Shown here in pieces: positions 26,665-36,752 of a DNA stretch of 64,000 nucleotides. A program made the position numbers and the translations under genes. Positions within the stretch are counted from its first letter, which is position 1. Each line of letters begins with the position of its first letter. This stretch comes from a virus, in the IMG/VR virus record IMGVR_UViG_3300037137_001341, positions 1 through 64,000 of that record, one strand, 5' to 3'. The notes under the pieces are model-generated. The model ran no database searches. It was given only the letters and a program-made list of their open reading frames with translations, and was not told where the DNA came from.

Positions 26665-27573
26665 CTACAGGGAGTCACGAAACTGCTCGATGGTTCTCCA
26701 GGCCGACATCACGGTCTCGAACATCGGCCGCGTGGCGTCGGTGCCATGCGTGTCCGGGTGATACTCCTTCGCCAGCAACTTGAACTGACGCTGCGCCTTC
26801 ACAAAGAACGCGGGCTCGACGGCTGTCACGCTCTTCGGCGGATCGATGCGCAATACCTGGCACGCCTCGGAGAGTCTCCGCCGGGATATGACGGTACTGA
26901 GCGGCTCTTGGTTGGTCCTGCCCCGGAGCCTGTGAGAAAACTGCTCGAACGCGACCTTGAGTTCAATGTCCATACGCCGGACTTCGATCTCGATGTTCTC
27001 CTCGGAGAAGCCGACCATGTGGCTCTGCACGTAGCCGAGCAGCATCCCGCGGACCTGTGCCCAGAACTTGCGCTCGTCCGCGCCGTTCCCGCTACGGGCA
27101 ACCGCCCCCGGCGGCTCCGACTCATGCTCCGTGTTCCTTGTGATCGGCTTGGTGACCGGTCCAGTCTGGCGGATGATCTTGCCGCCTGGCAGATGCTTGA
27201 CGTGCGGCAGCTGCACGTACTCGGCGAGCGCACGCATCAGGGCCGCCTGCGTAGTCTCGCCCTTGAGCTTGATCTTGCGAGCCCGGCGTACAAGCGTGGT
27301 CGCTGTTGACAGCGTCATATCCGCGTCGAGCAGCGACCAGAGAGGTTCCGCGAGATCGCCTACGTTGATCAAAAAGGTGTGGCACGCGGTCACATGTGTC
27401 GAGAGACCGAGCATCTTGCCGACCACGCGCCCGGCCCCCTTCTTGTGAACGCCCTTGCCATCGGCTCGCACGATCGCGAGCCCAACCGACTGCTCGATGC
27501 AAGCCCGCTCGTACTCCGTCGTCGCCGCGGCGTACTCATCGCGAAACTTCTGTACCGTCGCTTCGGAGATCAT
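26665..27573 (-). CDS. Protein with C-terminal DnaJ domain
   Basis: ACQVLRI...FKLLAKEYHPD...FETVMSAW. Confidence 0.75.
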   Translation of the reverse strand: MISEATVQKFRDEYAAATTEYERACIEQSVGLAIVRADGKGVHKKGAGRVVGKMLGLSTHVTACHTFLINVGDLAEPLWSLLDADMTLSTATTLVRRARKIKLKGETTQAALMRALAEYVQLPHVKHLPGGKIIRQTGPVTKPITRNTEHESEPPGAVARSGNGADERKFWAQVRGMLLGYVQSHMVGFSEENIEIEVRRMDIELKVAFEQFSHRLRGRTNQEPLSTVISRRRLSEACQVLRIDPPKSVTAVEPAFFVKAQRQFKLLAKEYHPDTHGTDATRPMFETVMSAWRTIEQFRDSL

Positions 27574-28169
27574 TCAAAGGCCTTTCGCAGAGCGACCACT
27601 TCAGCGGTCAGAGCGTCCACACGCTCCCGCATGTAGACGATGTTCTGCATCGTCACGTCCTGGATCTGCAGGAGCGCATTGAGCTTCGCATCCAGGCTGT
27701 CGTGGACCTCTTCTTCTGGCTCGTCGTCATGTGACGGCGCGCCGCTGCTCTGCCCGACGAGACGCTGTCGGACTCGCTGGGCAATGGATTCTAATTCTGC
27801 GTTCGCCATCGTGATGTCCCGCGGTTCCTCCTCCGCCGTCTCCTTGGCGCCGAACTCCGGGATGTCGTAGCTGGGCCAGAGAATGTTGGACAACGCATTG
27901 TTGTCCTCCGCAACCTCACGCAGTTCGTTGGATGCGACGTAAACGGTAAACGGAGGACCGTGCCCGGTAGCTGCGCCGCGGGCAGCACGGCGCACGAGAT
28001 TGCGCTTGCACAGGCGACGCATCAGCTTTCCGTGCCAGAGGTGAGCCCAGCGTGGATTACCGAAGATAGCCTGTCCGGTGGCGCCTTGTTCTCCAGCACG
28101 GAGAAGGTTGCGCATTGCCGTACGAGCTTCGGCGAATATCCGCGCGTCACGTGCGACGCGGTTTGCCAT
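27570..28169 (-). CDS. Hypothetical protein (winged-helix-like N-half, coiled-coil C-terminus)
   Basis: AAGGAG SD; ATGA overlap. Confidence 0.6.
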   Translation of the reverse strand: MANRVARDARIFAEARTAMRNLLRAGEQGATGQAIFGNPRWAHLWHGKLMRRLCKRNLVRRAARGAATGHGPPFTVYVASNELREVAEDNNALSNILWPSYDIPEFGAKETAEEEPRDITMANAELESIAQRVRQRLVGQSSGAPSHDDEPEEEVHDSLDAKLNALLQIQDVTMQNIVYMRERVDALTAEVVALRKAFE

Positions 28170-28239
28170 TGCGGTGACTCCTTCTGCTCTCGCGCTTGTG
28201 CGAGGGCCTCATGCTCTCGTGACCAGTCAGCTAGCCAGT

Positions 28240-28431
28240 CTACTCATCAGATCCCCGACGCGCAAACTCTTTCATGGCTAGCCAGAAGTCGACGGTCCTC
28301 TCGTCGCGGCAGCTAGCCACCACCTCGTCGATGGTCGCCTCGAAGTCCTCCGGGGTATGCCGCAGGATGTCACGCAGATCGGTCACCGTCAGGTTGCCCC
28401 GCGGGCGGCTAGCCGGCGGGGTGCTAGCCAT
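28240..28431 (-). CDS. Small hypothetical protein
   Basis: MASTPP...; overlaps the FkbM stop. Confidence 0.45.
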   Translation of the reverse strand: MASTPPASRPRGNLTVTDLRDILRHTPEDFEATIDEVVASCRDERTVDFWLAMKEFARRGSDE

Positions 28432-29209
28432 CGGCGTGGGTGAACAGGAGCATCTCGGCCGGTCCGAGATCGAACGCCCCTTCGGGGGTGAGGGCCGGGC
28501 CGGGGTGCCCCGAGTGGGCCACATGCTGGAGCATGTACCCTGACAGGCTCAGGGACTCGTACAGCGCCCTGCTGGCCTCGCTGGGGTTGTGCTCCAGGAA
28601 CATGATGGGGCGGCGCTTCAGAAGCTCCGGTGCGCCCCCGAGCACCTGTGGCTCGAAGCCCTCGACGTCGACCTTGAGAATCACGACGCCCACCGGGGGC
28701 ACCGCCGGAGGGCCCAGGATGTCATCGAGCCGGACGACCTGCACGGGGACCTGCTGGTCCGGCCGACCCCGCAAGTGCTCAGGAACCCCCTCGCTCTCGA
28801 TATGTGCTCCGCCAGCCTCTTCCGGGTTCACGACAAGCTCCATGGTCCCAGGCGCCGCTCCACATGCAGCCGGCGTGAGCGTCACTTGGCGTCGGTAGCC
28901 GTTGACCATGATGGTCTTGCGCAGAAGCTCGACCATCCTCGGGTTCGGCTCGAACGAGAACACATGCTGTGCGCCGAGCCCGCAGGCCAGAAGGGTGTAC
29001 CAGCCGACGTTCGCGCCGACGTCGATGAAGGTGCAGCCCTTGTGCTTCTGCAGGATCGCCGCCATGCAGTCGGTGATCCAGGGCTCCCAGTCGCCCTGCA
29101 GCATGATGTGCGGCGCGATCGTGATGTCGCGCGCGTCGACATATATCTTGGCACCCCACTTCGTGGTGGTCAGCGCGGTGTAGTCCCCGCAGTAGGCGAC
29201 GGTCCTCAC
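28424..29209 (-). CDS. FkbM family methyltransferase
   Basis: FIDVGANVGWYT, FEPNP, LKVDVEGFEPQVL.G. Confidence 0.9.
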   Translation of the reverse strand: MRTVAYCGDYTALTTTKWGAKIYVDARDITIAPHIMLQGDWEPWITDCMAAILQKHKGCTFIDVGANVGWYTLLACGLGAQHVFSFEPNPRMVELLRKTIMVNGYRRQVTLTPAACGAAPGTMELVVNPEEAGGAHIESEGVPEHLRGRPDQQVPVQVVRLDDILGPPAVPPVGVVILKVDVEGFEPQVLGGAPELLKRRPIMFLEHNPSEASRALYESLSLSGYMLQHVAHSGHPGPALTPEGAFDLGPAEMLLFTHADG

Positions 29210-29574
29210 TTGCGAGCCTTCCGCTTGCGCGTCGCCGGCTTCGCGACGGGCTCGTCCGCAGGGCGGACCTTCCATGGCGCCACGATGTCCTCGGTGAGAG
29301 CGAGCAGAACCCCGTTCGGAATGGCGGTAGCGAAAGTATGTGCCGCGCCGATGTCGCTGATGCTCTGCCCGTCCGGTCCTGGTCGGTTTGCCAGCACCAG
29401 TTCGATGCCTCGCGCAGCCGCCAGCAGGGCCGCGAGCGTTGTGGCCGGCGCGGTCGTGGCGCTGCCTGACGCATGCAGCACATGCGCGAGTCTGTTGATG
29501 AACGCCTCGCACTCGGCACAGCCGGGCTCCCCCATGGTTACCCGCTTCTTCGGAGCCTTCTTCTTGGTTGCCAT
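29206..29574 (-). CDS. Hypothetical protein
   Basis: Basic termini, CAEC. Confidence 0.6.
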   Translation of the reverse strand: MATKKKAPKKRVTMGEPGCAECEAFINRLAHVLHASGSATTAPATTLAALLAAARGIELVLANRPGPDGQSISDIGAAHTFATAIPNGVLLALTEDIVAPWKVRPADEPVAKPATRKRKARK

Positions 29575-29576
29575 GC

Positions 29577-29924
29577 TCACTTCCTTTCCAGCGTCTTCCG
29601 ACGCTTCAGTTCTCGATCCGCGCAGCAGCGCACGCAGAGTCCGAGCTTGTCCGCGCATGTGTCGCAGAGGCGCGGCACCGCGGTGTTCGCGTGACTGTCT
29701 TCCTTGCCGCACGACCAGCAGTTCCAGTCGGTGAACGCCTGCCCGGCGAAGCTGCTCCGGTAGAAGCACCAGCGGCACTCACGAGCCTTCAGTCGCGCCT
29801 CGCGGCAAGCGTCCGTACGGCTATCCTCAACCCGGCGCTCTGTCTCCGCGATGTAGGCGCGAGCGCGCTCGGTCGCGCTCTGCACCATGAACAGATCGAG
29901 CGGCTTCGGGGGAGAGGCTTTCAT
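29577..29924 (-). CDS. Cys-rich Zn-finger protein
   Basis: Four CxxC pairs; GGAGGACACATG start. Confidence 0.7.
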   Translation of the reverse strand: MKASPPKPLDLFMVQSATERARAYIAETERRVEDSRTDACREARLKARECRWCFYRSSFAGQAFTDWNCWSCGKEDSHANTAVPRLCDTCADKLGLCVRCCADRELKRRKTLERK

Positions 29925-30103
29925 GTGTCCTCCTCTCGGATCGAAGGGTCGTGCCCGCAGAACATGCAGATGTACCCAGGGCGCAGCCCGAGTCGCTTGC
30001 ATGAGCGGCATCGGCGGACGTCGCCTACGTCACATGCGTCCCGCACGTCCTGGCGCAGCCGTTCCATCTCGGCCGACATCTCCCTGGCAATCGCGCGCTT
30101 CAC
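29921..30103 (-). CDS. Small Zn-ribbon protein
   Basis: CRSC...CMFC. Confidence 0.55.
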   Translation of the reverse strand: MKRAIAREMSAEMERLRQDVRDACDVGDVRRCRSCKRLGLRPGYICMFCGHDPSIREEDT

Positions 30104-30411
30104 GGCTTCCCCGCCGCCCTTCGCTTCCGTTCATCGATCTCCCGTAAGCATAGGTGCGAGTACGCCGCGAGCAGTGTCGCCTCGCCGCTCGTCGTGGCGT
30201 TGGCGACCCCGATGCGTCGCACCACGTCGGCGACCCGGTCCAGGGAGTCGGACGCCATGATGGTCACGAGCGCGAGCGCTTCCAGCAGGGCATGTACCGC
30301 CACGGCTTCGAGGCCAGTCAGCACTGGCTGGTTCGGCCCGGCCCGTAGCTCCATGCCACGGACCATGCCCTCGGTGAACGTCGTGGTTGGCTTGTCGATG
30401 GGCATGGTCAC
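30100..30411 (-). CDS. Hypothetical protein
   Basis: GGAGGAG SD, GTGA overlap. Confidence 0.55.
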   Translation of the reverse strand: MTMPIDKPTTTFTEGMVRGMELRAGPNQPVLTGLEAVAVHALLEALALVTIMASDSLDRVADVVRRIGVANATTSGEATLLAAYSHLCLREIDERKRRAAGKP

Positions 30412-30908
30412 GCTCCTCCGCCGTACGCCGGCAGCATCGGCGGCATGTGTCCGCCTGAGTACGCTTCTGCGATCCGGGGCCCGATCGTCTCCTGCACGGT
30501 GCGCCCGTCGGGCAGGAGTATGTCCGCCATGAACTCGCGCTCCAGCGTGGACGAGCCGTCGGCGATCAATTCGAGCTTCGCCTTCACGCACAGGAGAAGC
30601 CCGCGCCACCGCTGGCGCTCGCACTGCACGACCTCTCCCCGGAGCCACTTCTCCCGCTGCGCCGGTGTCCAGCCGCGCCAGCCGCGGGGCGGCTGGACTT
30701 GCGCCTCGTGCAGCAGGGTCATGTACGTGGGGAAGCTCATGGAGAGCTTCACCTGCCGTTCCTGCAGGGAGAAGACCACGACGGCCTGCCCGCGGTCCTC
30801 GTCGTTGAGCAGCGCGCGTTGCTTCGCGCCCGCCTTGGCGAGCAGTGAGTCAAGCTCGCCCTTCGAGCGTTCGACACTGACGCCTGTGTTTGCCGCGTAC
30901 CGGGTCAT
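30408..30908 (-). CDS. Conserved phage hypothetical protein
   Basis: YAANTGVSVERS...QRWRGLLLCVKAKLE...EFMADILLPDGRTV. Confidence 0.75.
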   Translation of the reverse strand: MTRYAANTGVSVERSKGELDSLLAKAGAKQRALLNDEDRGQAVVVFSLQERQVKLSMSFPTYMTLLHEAQVQPPRGWRGWTPAQREKWLRGEVVQCERQRWRGLLLCVKAKLELIADGSSTLEREFMADILLPDGRTVQETIGPRIAEAYSGGHMPPMLPAYGGGA

Positions 30909-30924
30909 GCTCGTGTCCCTCCTC

Positions 30925-31443
30925 TCACTCCAGACTGAAGGCATCGCCAGTCGGCGCCGGCTTCCAGTTCTTCGCCGCTTCCGCGCCTCGCTCGATGAGC
31001 GCCTTGCGCTCCCATGGATCGTCGCACAGCGCAAGGATCACCTTGTCGGATATGTCCTCGTAGCACTGGCTAGCCAGGTTGTACAGGTTCGGGACGACGT
31101 CGCTCGCGGTGATCCCCTTCTTGGCTAGCCACGCCATGTGCTCCGGGTCCTTGACCTGCTCGGCTCGGTAGAGCGCCAGGTCTTCGGGTGAGATGAACTT
31201 GCCTTCGTCGGCGTAGTCCCCGGCGATCACGATGGGGTCGCCGGCCCAGCTGCCGATGAGCGGGTTCTCGCTGCGCAAGTCGCCGCCGCCTCGGCCGTTG
31301 CCGTCGGCGAGCAGGACGGCCAGCCCCATCATGGTCCCGGAGCCGGACGCGCCGAACTCCATGAGCTTGAGTCCGTCGCCGAACTTGTGCGGGTGGAGGT
31401 ACTGCCGCTTCTTGGGGTTCACGATGTAGTAGTTCTGTCCCAT
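30925..31443 (-). CDS. Conserved phage protein with C-terminal DAFSLE tag
   Basis: MGQNYYIVN...GLKLMEF...GSWAGDPIVIAGDY. Confidence 0.75.
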   Translation of the reverse strand: MGQNYYIVNPKKRQYLHPHKFGDGLKLMEFGASGSGTMMGLAVLLADGNGRGGGDLRSENPLIGSWAGDPIVIAGDYADEGKFISPEDLALYRAEQVKDPEHMAWLAKKGITASDVVPNLYNLASQCYEDISDKVILALCDDPWERKALIERGAEAAKNWKPAPTGDAFSLE

Positions 31444-31452
31444 AGGATCACC

Positions 31453-31752
31453 TCACGCTTTCCAGGTTGGAGACTCGTCGTCGCTGCCGGCGAGCACGAG
31501 GGCGGTGTACGCCTCCGCGAGCCGGTACAGAATCAGGTCGGCGATCGGGGAGTCCTTTGCGGGCTCCTCCGCTGGCTCGACCGGCACACCCTCGGCCGTG
31601 ACCTTGAGCCACAGGACGCCGGGCTGCCGCCGCCCACGCGGCGTCGCCCCGATCATGTGCTCCGGTGAGAAGGCCAGCATCGGAGTCGGCGCCCAGGCCG
31701 GACACGGCACGACCAGAACGGCCTGGTCGGTGGTGTAGTCGTGGGTGCTCAT
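31453..31752 (-). CDS. Hypothetical protein
   Basis: Coupled ORF with SD. Confidence 0.55.
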   Translation of the reverse strand: MSTHDYTTDQAVLVVPCPAWAPTPMLAFSPEHMIGATPRGRRQPGVLWLKVTAEGVPVEPAEEPAKDSPIADLILYRLAEAYTALVLAGSDDESPTWKA

Positions 31753-32039
31753 GCTGCGTCCCTCCTTGCTTCCAGGTCATGTGTTCCCGAGAGCCGGCGA
31801 AGCCCCAGGGCTAGCCGATCCATGTAGCCCCCGAGCGTCTCCTCGGCGAACTTCTGCGCTGCCTTCAGCGTGGGCTTCTCCCCCAGCACGAGATCCGCGA
31901 AGAGCACCTCGTACTGCTTGGCCCCCGCGGGCGTCTTGCCTGGCAGGATGCACAGGAAGGCGGTACCGATCTCGGCGCCCCAGATGGGGCCCGCGTAGGG
32001 GCCTGACTTCAGGCGTCCTCGGATCCAGGTCACAGGCAC
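31749..32039 (-). CDS. Hypothetical protein
   Basis: Coupled ORF. Confidence 0.55.
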   Translation of the reverse strand: MPVTWIRGRLKSGPYAGPIWGAEIGTAFLCILPGKTPAGAKQYEVLFADLVLGEKPTLKAAQKFAEETLGGYMDRLALGLRRLSGTHDLEARRDAA

Positions 32040-32257
32040 AGCGAGCCCCCCGAGACGGTGAACCCGTCCTCGCGGAGCCCGTCGATGATCGGTGCGACGT
32101 ACCGGGGCTCGCAGGCGAGCGCCTCGCCCAAGTACTGCCAGGGCTCGGGGGCGCAGTGCTCGGTGATCCAGTCGCCCGCCTCGGCAGTCATGGGTCGCAG
32201 GAGCGCGACGCTCCCGTGGTACTCGACCACCACGTCGGTCATGTGTGCTTGGTTCAT
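32030..32257 (-). CDS. Hypothetical phage protein
   Basis: HGSVALLRP...W...ALACEPRY..PIIDGL..DG; GAAAGGA SD. Confidence 0.6.
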   Translation of the reverse strand: MNQAHMTDVVVEYHGSVALLRPMTAEAGDWITEHCAPEPWQYLGEALACEPRYVAPIIDGLREDGFTVSGGSLCL

Positions 32258-32298
32258 GCTCGGGGTCCTTTCGTTCGTCGTGAAGCTCGTCGTGTCGC

Positions 32299-33174
32299 TC
32301 AGTCCAGGTCGAAGGCGTCGGTACCCGTGGCTTGCCAGGTGCCCTGCCACGTGCCGTAGGGATATGCGCGCGGGCCCGCAGAGAGCGCGGCGAGCCCCTC
32401 GGCGACCATGTCCGCGACGTGACCGATTATTCTCTCCTGTCGGTACGCATCGGCCAGCAGGCTTCCTCGGTCGTTCCGCCAGTCGTACCCCTGATCATCG
32501 CTCCGCACCCCGATGACAACCCAGGTCGTGCCGGTGGCGTCAGCGATCACCGTCCCGACAAGAAGCTCGCCCGGTGCCGGTTCACGCCATACCGGTGCCG
32601 TGGCAGCAGCAGCCTCCTCGGCGGCGGCAATCGCTGCCTTCGCGGCGAACGAGACGAGCGTCCCGGCGAACGCCTGGGCCTCTGCAGCATGTAACTCAGC
32701 GTGCGTCACGCACGAACGATCCCAGCACTCCTCCTCGACGTAGGGGCACGGATCGGGCTCGGGCGGGCAGAGCGCCCGCAGTCCGGCCTCGATCTTCTCC
32801 GCAACGTCCACCGTTTCGTGCGCCTCCAGCACCTCGGCGAGCGTGAGCTTGCCCAGCGTCACGAGGTGATCGAGCAGCGCCTGGCAATCGTACGGCGCCA
32901 CGACATGTGACGGCAGCGACGGCGCCCAGGGCTCCAGGTGCGGCTGGATCGCCGCGATGACCCGCTGCAGGTGATTCGACGTGAGCAGCTTCGCGCCGTA
33001 CCGCCGATAGCCCGCGTCACATGTCCAGATCCCACCAGCGATCGTAAAGAACGTCCCCTCGCTCCAGCTGGAGTGACGCTGCCAGCCGCTGCGGCGGCGC
33101 GAGATCGCGCTCTTCGGCAGCGGGCTCTCGACGCGACAGGTCAGCCGGTACTTGCCATCGGGTAGCTTGCTCAC
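32299..33174 (-). CDS. Hypothetical protein with C-terminal DAFDLD tag
   Basis: Shares ERIIGHVADMVAEGL module with 41957-42271. Confidence 0.6.
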   Translation of the reverse strand: MSKLPDGKYRLTCRVESPLPKSAISRRRSGWQRHSSWSEGTFFTIAGGIWTCDAGYRRYGAKLLTSNHLQRVIAAIQPHLEPWAPSLPSHVVAPYDCQALLDHLVTLGKLTLAEVLEAHETVDVAEKIEAGLRALCPPEPDPCPYVEEECWDRSCVTHAELHAAEAQAFAGTLVSFAAKAAIAAAEEAAAATAPVWREPAPGELLVGTVIADATGTTWVVIGVRSDDQGYDWRNDRGSLLADAYRQERIIGHVADMVAEGLAALSAGPRAYPYGTWQGTWQATGTDAFDLD

Positions 33175-33848
33175 GGGACATTCCCTTCCCACGCGGCGAG
33201 CGCCGCGTGCTGTTCGTCGGTGACCGGGTACCAGGCCCGGCTCCGGGGCTCGATGAGCGCCGGCTCGAACTCCTCGTCGTGACACAGATCATCCCACGCC
33301 GAGAGCATGTACGTCACGTCCCCGGCGAGCTTGTCCGTGATGCGCCAGACGACCATGTCGGGGAGCACCGCGTAGGCGCCCTCGCACATTTGGCCAGCGC
33401 GCCCCGGCGGGGTGCTGAAGTCGGGGGCATGTGCCGACAGGTCGGCGGGGAGCACGGGTGGTGGCGCGAGCGGCGGGGTCGCGGCGAGCAGTCGCTCTGC
33501 GAACGCCTCGGCCGCAGGTCCCCCCGCCTTCGCGATGGCCCGCAGGTCCGTCTCGAAGTCCACGGCCGCGGGCGCGGCGTCCGCGGCGGGCTCCGAAGGC
33601 TTGTCGCTGCGCGGCAAGACGGCTGCGCCGAAGAGCGCGCCGCACTCGCCTCGGCACACGTACCGGCCCTCCTCGCCGCCGATGGTGCCGTTGTGGCAAT
33701 TCGGGCACTCGTCGCCCTCGTACACAAGCTCGGGCTCCGCGACGGAAGCCCGCACCTCGGCGACCTCGGCCTGCAGCTGCGCCTCGGCAGCGTCGACCGG
33801 CTTGCGCTTGCTGACGCGCTTCGCCTTGCGCCTGATCTTCTTTGTCAC
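33171..33848 (-). CDS. Hypothetical protein with Zn ribbon
   Basis: CPNC...CRGEC. Confidence 0.6.
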   Translation of the reverse strand: MTKKIRRKAKRVSKRKPVDAAEAQLQAEVAEVRASVAEPELVYEGDECPNCHNGTIGGEEGRYVCRGECGALFGAAVLPRSDKPSEPAADAAPAAVDFETDLRAIAKAGGPAAEAFAERLLAATPPLAPPPVLPADLSAHAPDFSTPPGRAGQMCEGAYAVLPDMVVWRITDKLAGDVTYMLSAWDDLCHDEEFEPALIEPRSRAWYPVTDEQHAALAAWEGNVP

Positions 33849-34138
33849 TGGATCTCCTCTTCGCTTCGCGGGTGAGTGGGGATCCCGCCGGGCCCATGTT
33901 GAGCGCTCAGCTTTTGCACCGCGTCGTGCAGCCGCGCGATCTTCGCGGCATCCTCCGCGCCGAACTTCTCCGTGGCGACCTCGATCACGAGGGCGCGCAG
34001 CCTGGCGGCTTGTTCCGGTGTCATCGTGGTTTCTCCGTCGTACTTGAGCAGGAACGGGGGGTCAGTTACTGGCCCCGCGTCCAACTCGGGACGAACGAAC
34101 GCCAGCAGCCTGAGCGGCTCCGTGGCTTGAGCGTCCAT
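33845..34138 (-). CDS. Hypothetical protein
   Basis: TGATG coupling. Confidence 0.55.
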   Translation of the reverse strand: MDAQATEPLRLLAFVRPELDAGPVTDPPFLLKYDGETTMTPEQAARLRALVIEVATEKFGAEDAAKIARLHDAVQKLSAQHGPGGIPTHPRSEEEIQ

Positions 34139-34461
34139 CAGTCCACCTTCCACATGGCCCGGTACTCGGCGACCGTGCCGGTCCAGGTACATGCCGGCGA
34201 TACCGGCGACGAGTGCCCACGTACGAGCACGTAGTCGTTGCGGGCGTCGTAGCGCACAAGGATCCCGTGGTGCTTCGGGAAGTACCCGGACTGCGGGTCG
34301 CACTCGACGCTCTTCAGGCATGTGCCGGGGCAGTCGAGCAGCACGTCGGGGTCGTTGCGCTTGTGCGCCTCGGCGACGCGCTTCGGGTCGGGGCCGCCGA
34401 TGGGCGTGTTCATGCACGCCTCGGTGAACGCTTTGGGGTCGTCGTTGCGCTGCATGATCAT
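34138..34461 (-). CDS. Hypothetical protein
   Basis: GGAGGACACATG start. Confidence 0.6.
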   Translation of the reverse strand: MIMQRNDDPKAFTEACMNTPIGGPDPKRVAEAHKRNDPDVLLDCPGTCLKSVECDPQSGYFPKHHGILVRYDARNDYVLVRGHSSPVSPACTWTGTVAEYRAMWKVD

Positions 34462-34724
34462 GTGTCCTCCGTTGGTGGCCTCGGCATCGGTCGCCAGTAC
34501 AGGCGAGCGTTCTCGGGGATGTCGCCGTCCACGGCGGGGCCGCGGTACGTGAGCGCCGCGTACTGGCCACGGCGCGGCATGTACGCGAGCACCTCTTCGC
34601 CGATGGGCGGCTTGCGCTTCGGTGCGAGGTGCCAGCCGTCGTTCGTGAACACGCGCACAAGCCACGGGATGACGATGGAGCCGAACAGGGAGCCCATCAG
34701 GAAGTCGAAGCCGTGCGCGTTCAT
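34458..34724 (-). CDS. DUF551-like small protein with N-terminal TM
   Basis: W...KPPIGEEVLAY...YWRPMPRPP. Confidence 0.55.
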   Translation of the reverse strand: MNAHGFDFLMGSLFGSIVIPWLVRVFTNDGWHLAPKRKPPIGEEVLAYMPRRGQYAALTYRGPAVDGDIPENARLYWRPMPRPPTEDT

Positions 34725-35781
34725 GGCTGCCCCCTGCTGAGAGCCGCCTTGCGAAGCTCCGCGTCCTCGTCGGCACATTCCTCCGTGTCGAACGCGAACG
34801 CGCCGTGCTCCGCGTCGAAGGCGTCGGCCTCGGCATGTGCCCGGTCGAGCGCCTCGCACTCTCGGAGGATGCGCTCCTTCTGCTCGGCTCGGCGGATCTC
34901 GGCGATGATGGATGCTGCGATCATGTGTTCTCCTCGACGGGCTCGACCCACTCGATCGGAACCCAGAGCTTCGCTACCACCCAGAATCCGTGGTCGACCT
35001 TCTCGACGGGCTGGTCGTCCATGACGCGCACGTCCTCGTGCCGGCTCGCCTCGCCGTAAGCCTCCTGCGCGATGTAGCGCACCGTCTCAGACTCCTTCTC
35101 GGTCATGTGTCCTCCGCATCTTCGTCCGGCGTCGCGAGTAGCTCGTCGTGCTCCTGGTACATCGTGTCCCAGACCTCGCCATCGCGAACCAGATCCTCGA
35201 TGATCCCTTCGGCCGACACGGTGACATGACGCTCGAAACCGTTGCGGGATGCGACGATCACCTTCACGTCGTTGAGCGCGGCTCCGCCCTCGACGCCATC
35301 GATCAGTACTTTCAGCGTCATGTGTCCTCCGTGGTGTCGTCGCTGTAGAGCGTGTCTTCGTGCTCCAGACTGCTGCGAAGGCAGTCCGAGTGATCGAGCG
35401 GAAGCAGGGCGCGCTCGTCGAGCTTGACCTCGACCGCCTCCTCGGCGGCGTCCTCGTCGGGAGCTTCCACCGTGACGTACAGGCTGTACTTGAACGTGAA
35501 CTTCATGGACAGGCTTCCTCCGTGGTGAACGTGTACTCACAGGCCGTAGCGCCGGGGTCGCCCGGCCACGAGACGTTGAAGCCGCGCTCGGTCTGACTGA
35601 CCGTCGCGCCCTTCAGGTTCAGGAACGTGTCGCGCCCCTCGGGCGTCGCGAACACGGCGGACGTGCCCTGCTTCCGCAGGAACGTGCGCTCGGCAACCTT
35701 GCCGTTGAACGGCCAGCGTACCGTGAGGCGCGTGCCCGGCGGGATGCGGAAGACGTCGGCTTGAGACTTGACGGTGGTCAT
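34721..35781 (-). CDS. Run of five tiny coupled hypothetical genes (34721-34924, 34921-35106, 35103-35321, 35318-35506, 35503-35781)
   Basis: Each joined by an ATGA overlap, mostly within GGAG(G/A)ACACATGA. Confidence 0.6.
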
Positions 35782-35785
35782 GTGC

Positions 35786-36040
35786 TCACGCCTCTTTGTT
35801 CAGAAACAGCGGGGCCACGCGCCTGGCGTCGCGCACGGCTTCCGTCACGAGGGCGGCGAGCGCCCCCTCTGCCGTTTCCTCTGCCGTGCAGAAGGCTTCG
35901 AGCGCCTCGCGGGCGATGCGGTAGTCGCGGGACGTGCCGCAGCACCCCGCGTCGATCTCGCGGGCGACCTTGCGATCGTGCGCCGCGAGCAGCGGCGACA
36001 GGATGCTTTGGATGCGTTCGGTAAGGTGGGTCATGCTCAT
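35786..36040 (-). CDS. Hypothetical protein
   Basis: GGAGG SD just downstream of the promoter-like motif. Confidence 0.6.
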   Translation of the reverse strand: MSMTHLTERIQSILSPLLAAHDRKVAREIDAGCCGTSRDYRIAREALEAFCTAEETAEGALAALVTEAVRDARRVAPLFLNKEA

Positions 36041-36051
36041 GTCCTCCGGTG

Positions 36052-36071
36052 TACGTGGTCAGGAATGGGGG
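36052..36071 (-). promoter_or_regulatory. Early promoter-like motif CCCCCATTCCTGACCACGTA
   Basis: One of five intergenic, co-oriented copies. Confidence 0.7.
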
Positions 36072-36072
36072 G

Positions 36073-36306
36073 TCAGGGTGCGTCGCTCGCGCGGCACGCG
36101 GCGTACGCGGCGCGCAGGTCGGCGACCAGGCCCCGCGCCTCGACCAGCGGAATGTGTCCGCGGCGCGCGTCGAGGTAGAGATCCCGCGCGACGTTCCCGA
36201 GCCGCTCCGCGGTCGCGGTCGGATCGAACGTCGGGAGGTTCCGGTCGCGGTTGAACGCGGCGAGCGCGTCGCGTGCGGCGTCGATGGTCGGGTCGTTCGT
36301 GGTCAT
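36073..36306 (-). CDS. Hypothetical protein
   Basis: GGAGAACACATG start. Confidence 0.55.
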   Translation of the reverse strand: MTTNDPTIDAARDALAAFNRDRNLPTFDPTATAERLGNVARDLYLDARRGHIPLVEARGLVADLRAAYAACRASDAP

Positions 36307-36322
36307 GTGTTCTCCGTTGCGG

Positions 36323-36718
36323 TCAGTGGACAACGATCACGTCATCGAAGCTATCGAGCACGTCCCGCGCAGTGGCGGCGATCTCGGGGTACTCTCTCGC
36401 GTAGAATCCGTCCGCATAGTCGGGGTGATCGGTGTCCGTCACGAGCACCCACTCCGTCCGCGTGGCGACCGCGTCGACCTCTTCGATCAGACGGCGCAGC
36501 GCGGCGAAGTTTTCGCCACCGCAGAAGCCCGATTCGAGCGCGGCCTTTGTCAGACGCGCCAGCTGTTCGTCGGGTCGCGCGAGCACGCGCGCTACGTTGG
36601 AGTAGACGATCAGCCCGTCGCCGGGCTGGAAGGCCCGGCGGATCTTGCGGACCGCGCGCTCGATTCGATCGCCATGGAACATGCTGCCGGATGCGTCGAG
36701 AACGTAGAACGTGGACAT
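36323..36718 (-). CDS. Minimal vWA-like domain protein
   Basis: VLDASGSM (MIDAS DxSxS), GGEN, LVTD. Confidence 0.65.
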   Translation of the reverse strand: MSTFYVLDASGSMFHGDRIERAVRKIRRAFQPGDGLIVYSNVARVLARPDEQLARLTKAALESGFCGGENFAALRRLIEEVDAVATRTEWVLVTDTDHPDYADGFYAREYPEIAATARDVLDSFDDVIVVH

Positions 36719-36752
36719 ATGCTGTGCTCCGTGTGTGACAGGTAGGGTCAGG